From Klebsormidium nitens (taxonomy: Eukaryota; Plantae; Klebsormidiophyceae), in assembly GCA_000708835.1 (NCBI GenBank), contig DF237202.1:1-64000 (forward strand): DNA of 64,000 bases, read 5' to 3'. Of the stretch, positions 39,201-52,500 are shown in pieces. The notes under the pieces are model-generated. The model made no database searches. It saw nothing but the letters and a program-made list of their open reading frames with translations, and was not told the DNA's origin. Position numbers and translations under genes: made by a program. Position 1 is the first letter of the stretch. Each line of letters starts with the position of its first letter.

Positions 39201-42200
39201 ATCGTACGATGACAGGGGAACCACTGTATGTTCCGCCAGTTGCTCTGCAGGGCATCCTGAAAGGAAGAAGCATAGCATTAATGCACTCGCTCTCCTTTTT
39301 TAAAGAGCGAAAGGAGACTGACGAAGAACCTGAAAGAAACAAGCAACCAGTAAACTGCAACCTCAACTGCAAACCTCTTGTAAAATGGGAGGGGGACAAC
39401 CACACGCCCCGACAATCGCTCTGCTGGGCAGCCTAAGAAGAAAAAGAAGCAGCCAGTAAATGCCATTTTTCCTTTCCCCCAAGTGGAACAGGACTAAAGG
39501 AAGGGTCTCCAACCGAAGAAGCAAAACATCAATTGGAGATTTGACTCCTGCCACCTTCTTGTGCGTCCAAAAACGGGACAACTGGACAACAAGGGCCAAG
39601 CAATCAACCCACAACTTTTTCTTTTCCCTTCAGTGAAACAAAAGGGAAGAAGGGCCTGAAAGGATACACAACCAACCAACTGCAACGTCAACTCCAACCT
39701 TATTGTACAGCGAAACAGGGACCACCAAGCACCCTGGCAATTCCTCTGCTAGGCAGCCAGGAGATGAGAAGTTGCAACCTGGCTGCTCAGTTCTCATTCC
39801 ACAGGCAGCAAAATGAAAGAAAAAGTTTGAAGCAAACCATTGAACCAACTTACTGCAACAACTTTCCTTGGAAGCGCAAGTCTAAGCCGGATAAAGAACT
39901 GGATCAGATCAATCAACCAACACAAGCACACAATCACCACAATGAAGCTGCTAGAACGCCTCACCAGGTCCCCTTGGTGTGTTCGCCAATCGGAGCAGGT
40001 ACTCATACGCATGCCGCCTTATTTCTCCCGGCGCCTGGCCCTGCCCTTGACCCTGTGCGCGCGCCTCTAGTTGCTGCAACTCCGGGTTACTGGCCGCCCC
40101 TAACCACAGGTTCCGCACTAACTGCTGCTGCCGCAAGTGCACTCTCAGCAAGTACTGCCGTCGCGCCTCCTCGGCGGTTAACCCTGACCCTCCCCTAACC
40201 GGCTCTGGGCTGACCCTGTTGGCAACCCTCTCAGAAGAAACCCTTTCTGAGCTAACACCAACGCTTGTGGCCGTGCTGTTGTCTGGAGAGGAAACTTCTA
40301 AACCCCTAACCCTGCTTAACGTCGTTACCCGCGATAACTCCAGGCTGTAGCGAGCCTGGTCGGCCGTTCCACTACTAACTGCTCTCACCTCCCCTCGCCT
40401 CGTTATGCTTCTTTCTTGCAGCCTACATACCTCTTCCATTTCGGGGGGCCTTTTCCAGCTGCTTGCTTGGCCCCCTGTTTGTGAGGAAGGCTCCCCCTCC
40501 TCAACCCCCTTTTCTCCGGGCAGCCACTTTGGAAACCCATCCCCATAAACAAGCGTCCGAGACCCCTCTCCGCTGACTGAAGCACTCGCCCCTTGTGCCG
40601 CATCCTGCGAGCTTTCACCCCCCTCCCTAGTTGACGCCTCCCCTTGCTGGACTGCCCCCTCTTGAGGAACTGCCGGTTGCCCCCCATCTCTCTCGATGTT
40701 GACTCCAAACAGAGGGGGCGGGGCCCCCCTTCTCCCAGGGAAGATCGAGTCAGGGGGGCCGAGAGATTCTAGGAAGAACTCGGAGGCCTCGGCGTCGAGG
40801 TTGAGCGCGCCCGGCAAGCAGACCTCGATGTTGTCGCGCCCAGTTAAGAGGTTCACCAGGGAAGTGCCGTCGGGGCAGCCGATCACTTCAAATAATCTCA
40901 TACACAACAGCCCATGTCCTGCACATAAAACTCGTCAAAAGTCAAGAGCAGGAACCTCTTCCAACACTTGATAATGTCCTGGATATGACACAGCCCAAGA
41001 GAAGCAGAGCCAAGGGCCCGGTTGCAAATCTTGGTGTCAGGTTCAAGGTGGAGACTGTGAAAGGGCAAAAAAAGACCACCGGGCAAAGTCAAGAACCTCA
41101 ACAATTGACGAATGAGTCAAGCTTATCCTGAAATCTTGGACTGAGGATTCGATATACTCAAACCTTCCACCAGAAAAGGATTCAAATCCAGGGCTTGAGA
41201 ACACATCCAGGAAGGGTTTAGAAGGGGATTGGAAAATACCTGCTTTTCAGACTGTGTTAAGAGAACATTAACAAGCAGACCTGAGCAATCAGAAACCATC
41301 ATTCAAGGGCCATCAAGCTTCTTTGAAACGTCAGTGTCAATCAAACGGAATGTACTCTCCACAAATGTCGCCCTGAATCTTTAGGATCTTGAAGAAAGAA
41401 TCCTGCCCCCATTCTTTGGATCTTGAAAGAAGAATCCTGCCCCCATTCTTTAGCCTCACGACTTGGGTCATACCTGGTCAAAAGCCGCAGCTAAAGCCAA
41501 ACACAATGACCTTCACCAGTGCCAATGCAACGACGAACCAGGGTTTCGAACCTCCTTCAGAGCACCATATACTATCTTTTGTCCATGGAACCCATTGTCC
41601 TCAGAAAATGATTACGCTTGCAAGAGCGGCAGAGAAAAAAACACAGATGCATGAGGGAGTACCTGGGAGACTGCAAGTTAAGGAAGACATCCAGCTTCCA
41701 AGACACGGTGCAAAATATAAGATAAGGTCAACAGCTGTGACGAGCCTCTTTCTGGCTTTCACACGCGCAGCAATATGACAACATTCGTTCAGCAAATCTA
41801 CACTTCCCAGCAAATCTACACTTCTTCCAAATGACTACGGAGCAGTAATGGCCTCACACCAGCCTGCCTAGTGAAGTGTCTGCTGACGTGCACTCTAAAA
41901 GAAGCACAAAAACTCATAATATCCAGGCCTCGGTCCACGACGAAGAAGGAAGCAGATCATACTTATGTTACTGCTGTGTCAACCAAACAAGAGACAAGAA
42001 ATGTCTTACCTGTGCTCTGAGGTTGAACGCGGCAGGCAACTACTGACAGGCGACTCTGCGAAGTAACAGGAGTAATGTTAGGATGGCAATCCGACAGGCT
42101 AATATAAGCAAACCGCTTGCTGAGGCGAATGCTCAGTTGGTGCTCTCTACTACATACTTCTTGAGAGCCATGTGACAAACTAGCACATGCCTGTAGTCCA

Positions 42201-43865
42201 AGGACCCTGTCACAAACCTCCGTCAGAATGTCGTCTCCCATTACGAAGGTTAGCTTCAGAACTACTCATTCCTTGCAGGACTCAGCAATGTGAAGCACAT
42301 CCGCCTGTGAAGGTGCACAGGCCCCCTCATCCAAATCTGCTTCCCCAATGCACATGTTTACGAAAGTACAATCCGACTGAAGCAGACAATGAAGAAAGTA
42401 GCTGAGGCTAGCAAGCAATGCCTTGTTGAAACGGGCATGGTTCAAAGCAGAGCAGAATGTGTCAATTGGAAGTATGCCGAGCCATGACTCACCCATATGA
42501 CATGAAGTAAACCTCCCTTTGGAGCCATCTCCTTTGCAGACCACGTACCAACCTGCACTTCCACATGGAGTGCAATGTGTTCAACAATCTCGGACTATCT
42601 AACCGTGGACTTAGCTTGCACTTTGCCAGAATGTACCCAAACCTCTCAGAACAAAGCATCCGCCAGCATCAGAGAAGAGTGTCCCCCGTGTTGAACAGCC
42701 TGATGCTGACATCTACCGAGCTCGTTGGTCTTCTTCGGACAACCTCATGGAAATGTGAGAGCTAACCCTGCCATCATGGTCGGGCGATAATCGAATACAA
42801 TCAAATATAATAAAAAATAATAAAATATATAGACAGTCTCTGAAATTTTCAGTTTCCTGAAGGTCTCCTAAGGCGTATTCTTGATACAGTCTGCACCATG
42901 CGTATGACCACAGCGAGCATACCAGTGCCTGAAGAAAACTTCAAATCTGAATAGAAGCGGACTGCTTCTTGGAACCAATCTTGCAGGTCTTCAAGAACGA
43001 TTTGCACAAAAAAGATAGCGTCAGAAAGTACAAGAATCTCCGAGCCAATGACGCCGCTGCCCTGACAGTTACTCTGTACTACTAAGGTAGACAGGACACT
43101 GCCAACCTATGCAACAATCTTGAGAACCTCATGCCCTATGCTCTTCCATGACGGCATGATGCATCTGTCTGCGTGGAGCGACCCAAAAAAATGTTTGCAA
43201 GGAAGCGGCTCTGAAGACGCACCAGATGTGTAAAAACCCAACGAACTCCCTATTCCCACGACTACTACATGGTCGAGGAAGACTCTGGCAACTTGAGAGC
43301 GGCGGTGAGACAGAGTAGCTGCCGAAGTTTTGTCTGCATGACTGCACCGACCCTGACAAGAATGGACATCCAGGAGCAGGGCAGGTGTACCAGGGCAGTC
43401 TCCTAAGGTCACAACCACAAAACGCCCCGGAAGTTGAACTTTCAAACCAGCATGCCTTTCAAGTAGTCACTACGAAAAAAAATCTTATACTCGCGGCTAG
43501 CTCCTCCCCATGCACGCCGACAATCTAATCACGCTCAAAAACCATAAAATATACTTCGACCACGCTTGAGAAACGTTGTACAACCTAGACCAAGAAACCC
43601 CGTGAAAACCTCACAGACCACAACTCACCAGCCGTTCCAAGTCACGCAGCAGGCGGTACAGGGCCTTGTAAGATTGCATGCCAGGCCGCCACTCCTCTAG
43701 CTTGACCCGATCTGACCAAGGCTGACACATCTGCTTCCACACAACCTCAGAGCCAGCCGCTACCCTCATCTGATCACAGGTCCGAGACACGACCGCCAAC
43801 CCCTTGGCATCCAAAAACGTGAGGAGGTGCGTGAGCGTGTCTCCCGGCAACTCTAGCAGATCCAT
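36239..43865 (-). CDS. F-box protein, FBXO31/At5g39450-like, with C-terminal cyclin-D1-binding/EXECUTER-type domain
   Basis: 8 exons: 43865-43629, 42552-42493, 42055-42010, 40918-39965, 38701-38510, 38113-37975, 37144-37096, 36388-36239 (TGA). F-box MDLLELPGDTLTHLLTFLDAKGLAVVSRTC; VGTWSAKEMAPKGGLLHV; GLWSGVYGPHGREIL; ATKMLGDPNVPCGEVSF; YRGYGRVAGYGFRYPQWVPGQLLV..FAFLW. Confidence 0.9.
38140..38275. repeat. Intronic ~68-bp tandem duplication
   Basis: ttgacactttttgatcagatattcactcgaaaactcaacatctgcaatgctcttcgtaag is repeated with few changes. Confidence 0.85.
38702..39770 (-). repeat. Array of six ~180-bp intronic copies of the F-box exon 5 acceptor plus its first ~23 codons
   Basis: Acceptor positions 38702 (live), 38893, 39077, 39257, 39433, ~39600 (degenerate) and ~39758 (AG lost). 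The recognisable copies (all but ~39600) read GCP.E.LPGR..VPL..Y.KVAV. Confidence 0.92.
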
Positions 43866-46560
43866 GCTGGCAAACCAAAACCCCAATAGTCGAGCCAAAA
43901 GTCTGGCCAAAAGGGGTCAGTCGTTGCTGCTCGCCGTCTGCATGTAAGGGAGGGCAGTTGAGGAGCCACTAGTGACCAAGTCGCGTTCCTGCTCCCTGTA
44001 AAGCTTCTTCAGGGAAGATGATCACCCGCAATCTACAAGGAGCCAGCCTGGATCGCTTTCCTGGGTGGGTTTCCGCCCTGAATGATTTGGCACATAACAG
44101 GAGCTGTTGCAAAATTGCTCGAGCCACCCGTTCGCGGAAGACAGCTCACATATACCGGTAACGTGTTCTAAGCCCGCCAATTTCGGACAACCGTATTCGT
44201 GTTAATGGGCCGGCTTTAATGTCGTACCGGTACCATCATTTACGCCAACAACCAATGGTCAGACCCTTTAACAAGTGGTTTACAGGGTGCTTGGGTCTGG
44301 TACTAACCACAATCAAACAGTCGCAGCTGCCAGTTCACACGATCTTATGAAGGTCCACGCGCATTATTGGTCACGTTTGCAAACGTCATAATTTTAAAAA
44401 CGAAATCTAAGGACAACAAATCGAACGTCCTAGATTTGACGAAAGTATTATCTGAGTTATCGGAGCGCTCAAGATCTTTGTTGGAATCGTGGACGTGTAC
44501 CAGCCTTCTCTTGCTGTGACGTCGTCGGCTCAAAGCTTACGCAATAATACCAACTTGTGGGTTCCACATCCACGTGCCACTTGCTGGATTTTCGTAACCG
44601 ATCAAGGTAGGTAACACCTGCGGTCACGGTACTTGTGCGCCAAATATCGGAAAACATTGGATCCAGATTCCAGAGTCCAGATCCCGTCGCAAGTAAAGCG
44701 AAGCAAGTTTCGGTGTCCATTACTTCTACCCGGTGTATTTTAGGGTTATACTTCAAATGTCCGCTTCAGCTGCTTGGCACTTGGCCCGTACAAACAAAGG
44801 TACCGTACGGTACTCGAGTGCAAAACCTTGTTATTGGCATACTGTAACACTTCGATTATAAGATACCCCGGCCATGCATCTTGACACACCTCTAAGTTAG
44901 ACAAACCTTATGCAGGATTCCGAGTAAAATGCCCGTGCACTTTCAAGCAGCATCGCATCAAAATTTCAGCATCCGGATTCCGCATTTGTGGATTCTGGAT
45001 CCGACCTGTACCGTACGGCGGCTGCGGCGGGTGGAATCCTGGAAGCATGAGCATCATTGATCGCGGATCGGATGTGGTCCGCTGTGCGCAACCTACCGTA
45101 CGGTAATTGCGGGCGCCGTGGCCCCGGCGTGGGAAGCAATTTCCGAACGGACACTGAGGCTTGACACGGAAGCCCTTTTCATCGACGGCTTCCGCCTACA
45201 GATCAAGATTTTGGGTCGCCTTTAAACCGTAGATCTAAAGATATTTTGGACATTTGTGGATGACACCGTATTAGACTTTAGTTTTAACTTTTGTCCCCCG
45301 ATCTACCTACTTGACTTTGGTTGACCATGTTTTCCACGAGCTTCCCAAAGTAGGTGCGCGCGCGCACATATGAGCTTTGGAGGGGGTCTTCGCATCTGAA
45401 TCTTCGATCATAATGACGTCGTTCGCATTCCGACTTCTGCTTTTTGCACTGGCATGTCATGGCATGTGGACGGGCTTCTCAAAAGCCAAAACTACCTTAG
45501 AGCTCTAGCCGGCCACCACGAACCACTAGCTACCGCGCGCGATCGGATTTGCTATGACATGCAGGTCAGAATGGGGATTGGTACTTGCTTTTCTCGCACG
45601 AGCAGCGCGACAGAGGTGCCTTCATGCCTTCACATTTTGATCGGCTTGGGGGTCGCTCGCTCCATGGGAAAGGTTTTGGAAGTTGGAGAAGGGGGGAGCT
45701 TTACGTGATCAACGTACTGATATCTGGCAGTGGAGAGACCTCATCGACCTGGTTTAAACATCTAGTTTCGACACAGGAATGCTCATGATGAAATCAACAA
45801 CTTCATGCAAGCTGTACGTTGACCCGAAGGTAATTTTGCGTGATGATGGACGTTCCGTGTCGACCTCAAAAAGCTCGAGCTTGACATTCAATTTCCGTCG
45901 GGGGCCTCCGCTGGACTATATCTGGATACCATGCAAGCAAATCCTGATATCACGAAGCACAAGCGGCCTACGTTTTTCGCAGAGTCCGACCGACTTTCGA
46001 TGTGGCCGCAACCTTAAGTTCCGACCGTGACGCCACTTCAATGTTCACGTGTCTACAAACTACAAATCAGGGGAACACTTATTTGTAAGTTCGTGATTGA
46101 AGAGGCCGCCGAAGAAACATACTCGCGATTGTCAGTGTGCCGCAGATTGTCAGTGACGATCCGACAAATGACAAGTTGCTTCTGCGAATGTTTAGACAAT
46201 CCGTTCCTGGTCGCAACTTTTCAACTACAAGATATTTGAAAATATCAGTGAAGAGTCGATTTGACAGGCCGTGCGAGGTAAAGAGAACCCACTAAGCAGC
46301 TGTAGCGGTCGCTAATACCTAGACAACAGGCCCGTTAATGGAGTCCAAGGAAGATCCCACGAGAAATTGCGCGTTTGATCTTCTTATCTTTTTACAGTGC
46401 CCAATTTGTCAGGGCATCATCTCGGACAAGCGAAACGAAGTTGCCAAGCAAGCTGCCAGTCCTGAGACTAATCTGACAACACGTCTAGACTAACGAAGTC
46501 CTATGCATAAATAAGCTCCAGCTGGTAGAGCAAGCAATAAATACGACAATCTAGCCACGT

Positions 46561-49500
46561 CTAGCAGCTTATCCCGTCGCAGTAAGTGGGCAGCGGGCGC
46601 GTCTGCGCGCCGCATAGGTTCTGCTCGACGTCATACGAGATGGCGAAAAGGTCGCCCTCCTTATACGGGTAAGAATGAAACGTGAGCCCCTGGGGAGTCC
46701 CGGACGTGGTCGTCTGGAGGGGGCACGGGAGCGAGATACCGGGGAAGCTGGAGAGAGGAAAGAGCGAAACGTATCACAATCAACATTCTGTTAAGAGTAA
46801 TAAGAAGGTCCTCATGTGCTGTTTAAAGCGGGACGCATGGCGTCGCCGGCTTAGCACTGTTACTTGTCTACGTCTAGTCGACGGTGTGAGGTCGTCCGAT
46901 CTAGTTAAAGATGACTCTTTCGAGAGCTGGGCTAGGCGTGTGACGTTTTGTCTCGGCGTGCGAATCCATCGACTTGAGTCAATATGTACTACAGCAACTA
47001 AGGCTCTGGTGCCAACAAATGTTGGCGCAAATGTGGTTTCGTTTGCAATTGAAGCATGACGTTTGACACTCCGGCAGCCAGCCAATCGTGAAGGTCCAAG
47101 TGCACCAGAAACTTATTGTGATTCGGTTTCTTGATTTTATCAGCTCAGTCGAGAAACGGATCCTTAAAAAGTACAGCCGGTAAGGTACTTCTATTTGCGA
47201 CGAGAATTGAAAAGCTCAAGCTTTACTGAATTACTTTCACAAAAGTTGGGGTCAAGATCGCGAAAAAGGTAGGGACCAATTGAGCATCTGTTTCGCTCGA
47301 GAAGGCCGGCAAGAGCAGCTCACCCAATACGCGCGAAGGTCCCAATGAGATTGCTCGCGGCCGCGACCGCATCGTAGCCGTTGGATGTGAACCAGTCTGT
47401 GATGCTGGCGGCGATCATGGACGAGTTCTGTACGGGAAAGCAACACTTTTTTTCATATCTGATTCTCTGGTCGGAGAAAAAAGCGGGAAAAAGTACAAGA
47501 TGAAATAGTCGATGGGTCTCTGAAATTTGATACAAACGAGCGGACCAATCAATCTGTCCTCTTCTCAATCTCCAGAAGCAACTTTGTGGTGCGACATCCC
47601 TTCAGTGCACCCTTACAGAAAAGATGCCCCAAAGATCCCCCTGCCGGATTACAAGAGAGAGATCGGAGGCAAAAGGGAGCAAACCTAGGAGCAAAAAGAC
47701 TCGGAAGCTCCGGCGAGAATGTGTATCTGCTCGCCAAGCCGGGGCGAAGCCCCCAGAAAGGGCCCTAGAGCAAGATCAACAAGTTCATCTGGTCTGTATC
47801 CTCGCACAGGTGTGCAGAGAAAAGAGGAAAAAGCGGGAAATAGTACAATAGTCGACGGGTCTCTGAAATTTGATACAAACGAGCGGACCAATCGATCTGT
47901 CCTCTTTCATTCTCCAGAAGTAACTTCTTGATCCGACATCCCTTCAGTGCACCCTTACAAAAAGATGCCCCAAAGATCCCCCTGCCGAATTGTAAGAGAC
48001 AGATCGAAGGCAAAAGGGAGCAAACCTAGGAGCAAAAAGACTCGGAAGCTCCGGCGAGAATGTGTATCTGCTCGCCAAGCCGGGGCGAAGCCCCCAGAAA
48101 GGGCCCTAAAGCAGATCAACAAGTTCATTTGGTCTGTATCCTCGCACGGGTGTGCAGAGCGAAGAGGCCGCGACTTAGGCTTCCACACATGTTGCAGCGC
48201 GGAGTTCCGCTGTCAGGATACGAAAGAAGAAGACGAAGCAACGCTAGCATCCGAAGAATCTGAGGGTTCGCGCCTCGCGGCCGCGTGCGCACCATCTTGG
48301 AGGAGACGTAGAAGGGATCCCTCTTGTCGCCCGTCTCCTCTGACGCGACAAAGAGGTCGTCGTAGAATTGGGCAAATGCCGGGTCGCCACGGCAGCACGT
48401 GCCGCCCTGAAACTCCAAGTCGAAGTACTGCAGAGTAAGAGAGCTTGGGTGGTCAATCGACTCTGATCCTTTTGACGAACAGTGACGGCACGAGGAGAAC
48501 GTTGTGAGGATCAAGTGGGGTTCAGGTTACCATGTACTCGACTGGCCGAGCTTTGCGAAAAGTTGAGATTCGGTCGAGTGCAAGCGTTATAAGATTACGA
48601 CCCAGAATATTTCAAGGTCCAAACCAGGGAGGAAGGTTCTGAGCCAATAGGATACGGCTGTTCCAAGCGACAATAACGTTACAGAAATCGAGTGGGGATC
48701 AGAAGTGGTGACGTACTCAAGTGGGTCATAATCTGATGTGGAAAAGGTGAAGCTCGGTCGAGTTCCAACGTCAAGCGATCATGATCCAGAGTTTGTGAGG
48801 TCCAAAGGGAGGAAGGTTCTGAGGCAGGAGGACACTACTCTTCCAGATACCTCGATCATAGAACTTTAGGCCATGCTTCTCCCAATCTTCTGCGAAACTG
48901 TCACTAAGCGTAACTTAAACCGGTAAGTGAGGCCCACGAGTACAAATAGCACAGCAAGCGGGAAGGCGGTCAGACTCCAGCCACTGGATGGCCTCCAATA
49001 AGCGCTTTGGGCGAACATACCTAAGCGGCCGGATCCTCACCTGCTTGTCATAAGCGATGAGGTCCGCGAGGGAGTAGAGGGGCGTGTAACCCTCCTTCCA
49101 GGTAAGCTCTGCAGAGACGAGAGAGATCGTATTGGCTGTTTGGGTCTAAAGCCAGCGCAGCTTTGGATCAGGGGACGAAATCAAGATGCGGAGAAGTTAC
49201 TGAGCGTCAACCACAGAGGTGCATAATTTAACAATTTGCTTGCTGTTCGTTTTTTACACCTCGGCAACAGACCTCTTCTCTTTAATGACATACACGGAAG
49301 CCTCCTAAAACAAAAATGGCCGTCTTAGGAGAAGGAAAGCTCCCGCATCAACATTACTTTCTCAACGAGCCGATAGCGACCTTAATTTCCTCCTTGCTGG
49401 TACTCTGTCGCCCGATTACAAGATATAGTTCTCTGCCTTCGGCTACACCGTTGACTCCGAGGAAAACTCTGCGGTCTCCGCGTTCAGACGTGGCTGCTAC

Positions 49501-52500
49501 GTCTACTTCAGCGGTACAGAGGAAGGATCTGGACTTACGTGAGAGGTAGATGTTCATGTCGACTTTGAAGTCCTGATAGAAGACCGATCCGTCCAAGTTC
49601 AGAAAGTCGAAGGTGTCTGGCAAAACGTCGACGATTGCACCACGGGACCTGCAAGCGCAATGAGATGATCTAGCCCTTTATTCTGGCGATCTCATTCTTA
49701 GTAAGTATCTTTGTGAAAAGGCTTTTGAGAAGGCGTAACCCTGAGTGGTAGGTCAGGTGGTAGAGTCCTTGAAAGTGCGAGAGTGAGTGTGATTGTGTCC
49801 GTGTGAGACTTGTCGGCTGAACGATGTATCAAGAGGATCCAACATTCACAAAAAGCAAAGGAAGTAACCGACATGCGTCTTTACCAAAAAGCTTTGATCT
49901 CGCGCAAAGATCGTCTGAACAAGCTCTTTGGAAAGTGTTAAAAAAGTCGCTGAAGCAAGGAAGACCGTTCAGGGGAGCTCGGCCTTCAATCGAAACCAAG
50001 CCAAAGTGAAACCAATTCAAGCAGCATCGTACTCCGCAAGCGAGAGCAAAACAAGTTGAGCCGAAACCGAAAGCGGCTCACAATGAAGCGACTTTCCAGG
50101 ACGCTTTGCTTTTAAGTTGGAAAGGCAATGACTGACACCACCGGTAGAGTGTCCCGGGGAACACAGATTTCGAGCTCTTGAAAAACGATAGCTGCGCGCT
50201 TTGATGTTTGGCAGATAGGTCAAAGGCGAGTCGGGTACGATCCGGCTCAGCTTTTGTCAAGCGTCACTTGACTGCTTATCTGGTCCACTTGCGAAGGAGA
50301 TCACAACCCTGTTTTCGTCTTGGGACTGGTATCCGCTGAACGTAGTCCATCAGATTGATGTCAAACATGACTGCAAGCTTCCCCGACCTTCTAACCCCAT
50401 ACTCGGCCGCCTCCAAATCTCGCTGAATTACCTGAGCATGTCCGGTAGTTTCGCGTAATTGTCAACAACCGGACCGTTGATTGGGATTAAGGGGTACACG
50501 TCGCTGCCGTCCGGGTTGGGCGAGCGGAAGACGGCGATCTTCTTGCCTGGGCGGAACGGAATGCGAACGGTCAACTTGTGAGGACGCTTCTAGACGTGCG
50601 CCAACGGAAGCCCTGGAGAATTCCGCTTGCTGCTGATAGCTCTGCATTCGCCCGCTACATAACTTCGCGTCATGAGGCGGCGTGTTCGACACAAGCAAGA
50701 TAGATATGTGCCAAAAATTTGAACTTTGGACTTACGTCAAGAAACAAAGGCACGACCCAATCGTTCTTGTCCGACTTTTCTGAGATAAGGTGACGAGAAA
50801 GTTGGATTTGATTCTTACAGACAATCAGTCGGGCCTATGAGAAAATCGCCAGACGTCATGGCTAATCTGCAAACGCTATGAGCACTAGCATCCAAGCGCA
50901 GGACCCTCGTCTGCCTCTGCTCGATCCGACTCATTTCCGGTGACTTTACCGTCTGCTTCCGTCACTTTCTTCTCCAGAAAAAGCGCGGTAAAATCGATCC
51001 CAATCCAACGCAAACCGAATCGGTCGCAAAACCCGAGGCCGCTTGCAGTCTCCAAAGGCGGCCGCGGCCGCGGCGAATTGCGGCCGCGAAGCCGAACGGC
51101 GCCTACCTGCGAGACCGTTGGGATCGAGGAACGGCAGATAGCCCCCCTCCGGGCGGGTATATTGGGGCAGCCAAGGGGTGGATCCGGAATGGACCGGGTC
51201 AGCCAAGTCGTCATAAGCCATGGCGTCGAACATGTATAAGCAGTCGGCGACCGTGCGGCAGATGGGGCTGCGAAGAAAGATACAAACAATTAGTCGTACC
51301 GTATGATCGTTGAATTTCTGACCGAAGTTGGCCCAGTCAATAAACAAGGCTATGTACTAGAGGTCGGAATCCAGCCTGAAACAGACCGTTTGTTTTCTGA
51401 GTTTGAGGGCAGTCGACACGTGGCGGCATGCGAACAGAGTAGGGTATCAGGACTGCAAGCTAGTCAGCACAATCAGGGCTCGCGTTAGCCGACGAAAATG
51501 GTTAAAGGTGGAAGCTGAAAGCGGAGCCTATCTTGGATCTGTCAGCCTAGCAAAGGGCTCAACTCAGCGAGTCAGTCATAGAGAACAGCGACGTGGTTTT
51601 CAGCACGGAAGAGGAACGAGAAAAGCAATTGGTCCAGTCTCTCACCGAAGAAGTCACAAAGAGTTTTGAAACCGCGTATCTTACCCTGCCGTGTCTTGGG
51701 TACTTGAAATCGGCACAATTCCGTTCCGGCTCATGACTCCGTTGGTCGGCCGAAAGCCCACCACGCCGTTCACGCCCGCTGGCGACAGAACGGAACCGCC
51801 GGTCTCGCTGCCGACCGTCACCGCAATCTGCAGCGAGTGACCAGGTTTTGTTTTAGAACTTAAAAGTAAGCGTCTTCGGAAGCGTCTGAGTAACGTCAGA
51901 GAGCGACCAAGACGACCAGGATACTGCTTGCGTTTCGCCTGGGATCATGCTGTCACGTTCCTGTCGAAGCGACAATCAAGCGCGGAAACTTGCTCATCGA
52001 TCGTCGCTGCGTGCTGAGTTAGCAGCTATGCTCCTTTCAAGGTTGGCGTCAGAAACAAGGGGCCGCAAGCCACCCCCAAATCGCCCACTTTTTCTGGTTT
52101 CAAGCAAAATTACGACCTCATATTGACACTAAGACAAAGGGCAAGTGCGCCCCCCGCTCTTCATTTCTTGAATTAAAACGTGTTTGGCCAGAAAGACCCT
52201 TGATACTGATGTGTTCAAAGGGCCTAGCTCGCCAACCATGATAGACGCCGTATTAATGTATACAAAGACGCTGATCAAAGCATTTCTGGAGCCTTGCTTT
52301 AGCAGCTAAGACGAGCTGGGGTGGCAGAAACCCGAAGCATTGGAAGAGGGTAGATTCAGTCCGGTCTTGAAGCTGCCAGCGCTCGATCGCGCTCGAAGCG
52401 CGCCCAAGTAGCGCACTGACCCTGCAAAAGAAGCTCAACCAGACAGCAACCAAACGGTAGTTGCTTCATCGGGTTGATACTTCAAAGAACCGAGCCAAGA

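Noticed and set aside
38702-39770. Regularly spaced repeats as a possible CRISPR array
   Set aside because: The units are degenerate exon-junction copies in a eukaryotic intron, with no invariant repeat plus unique spacers and no cas genes. The same applies to 53060-54118.
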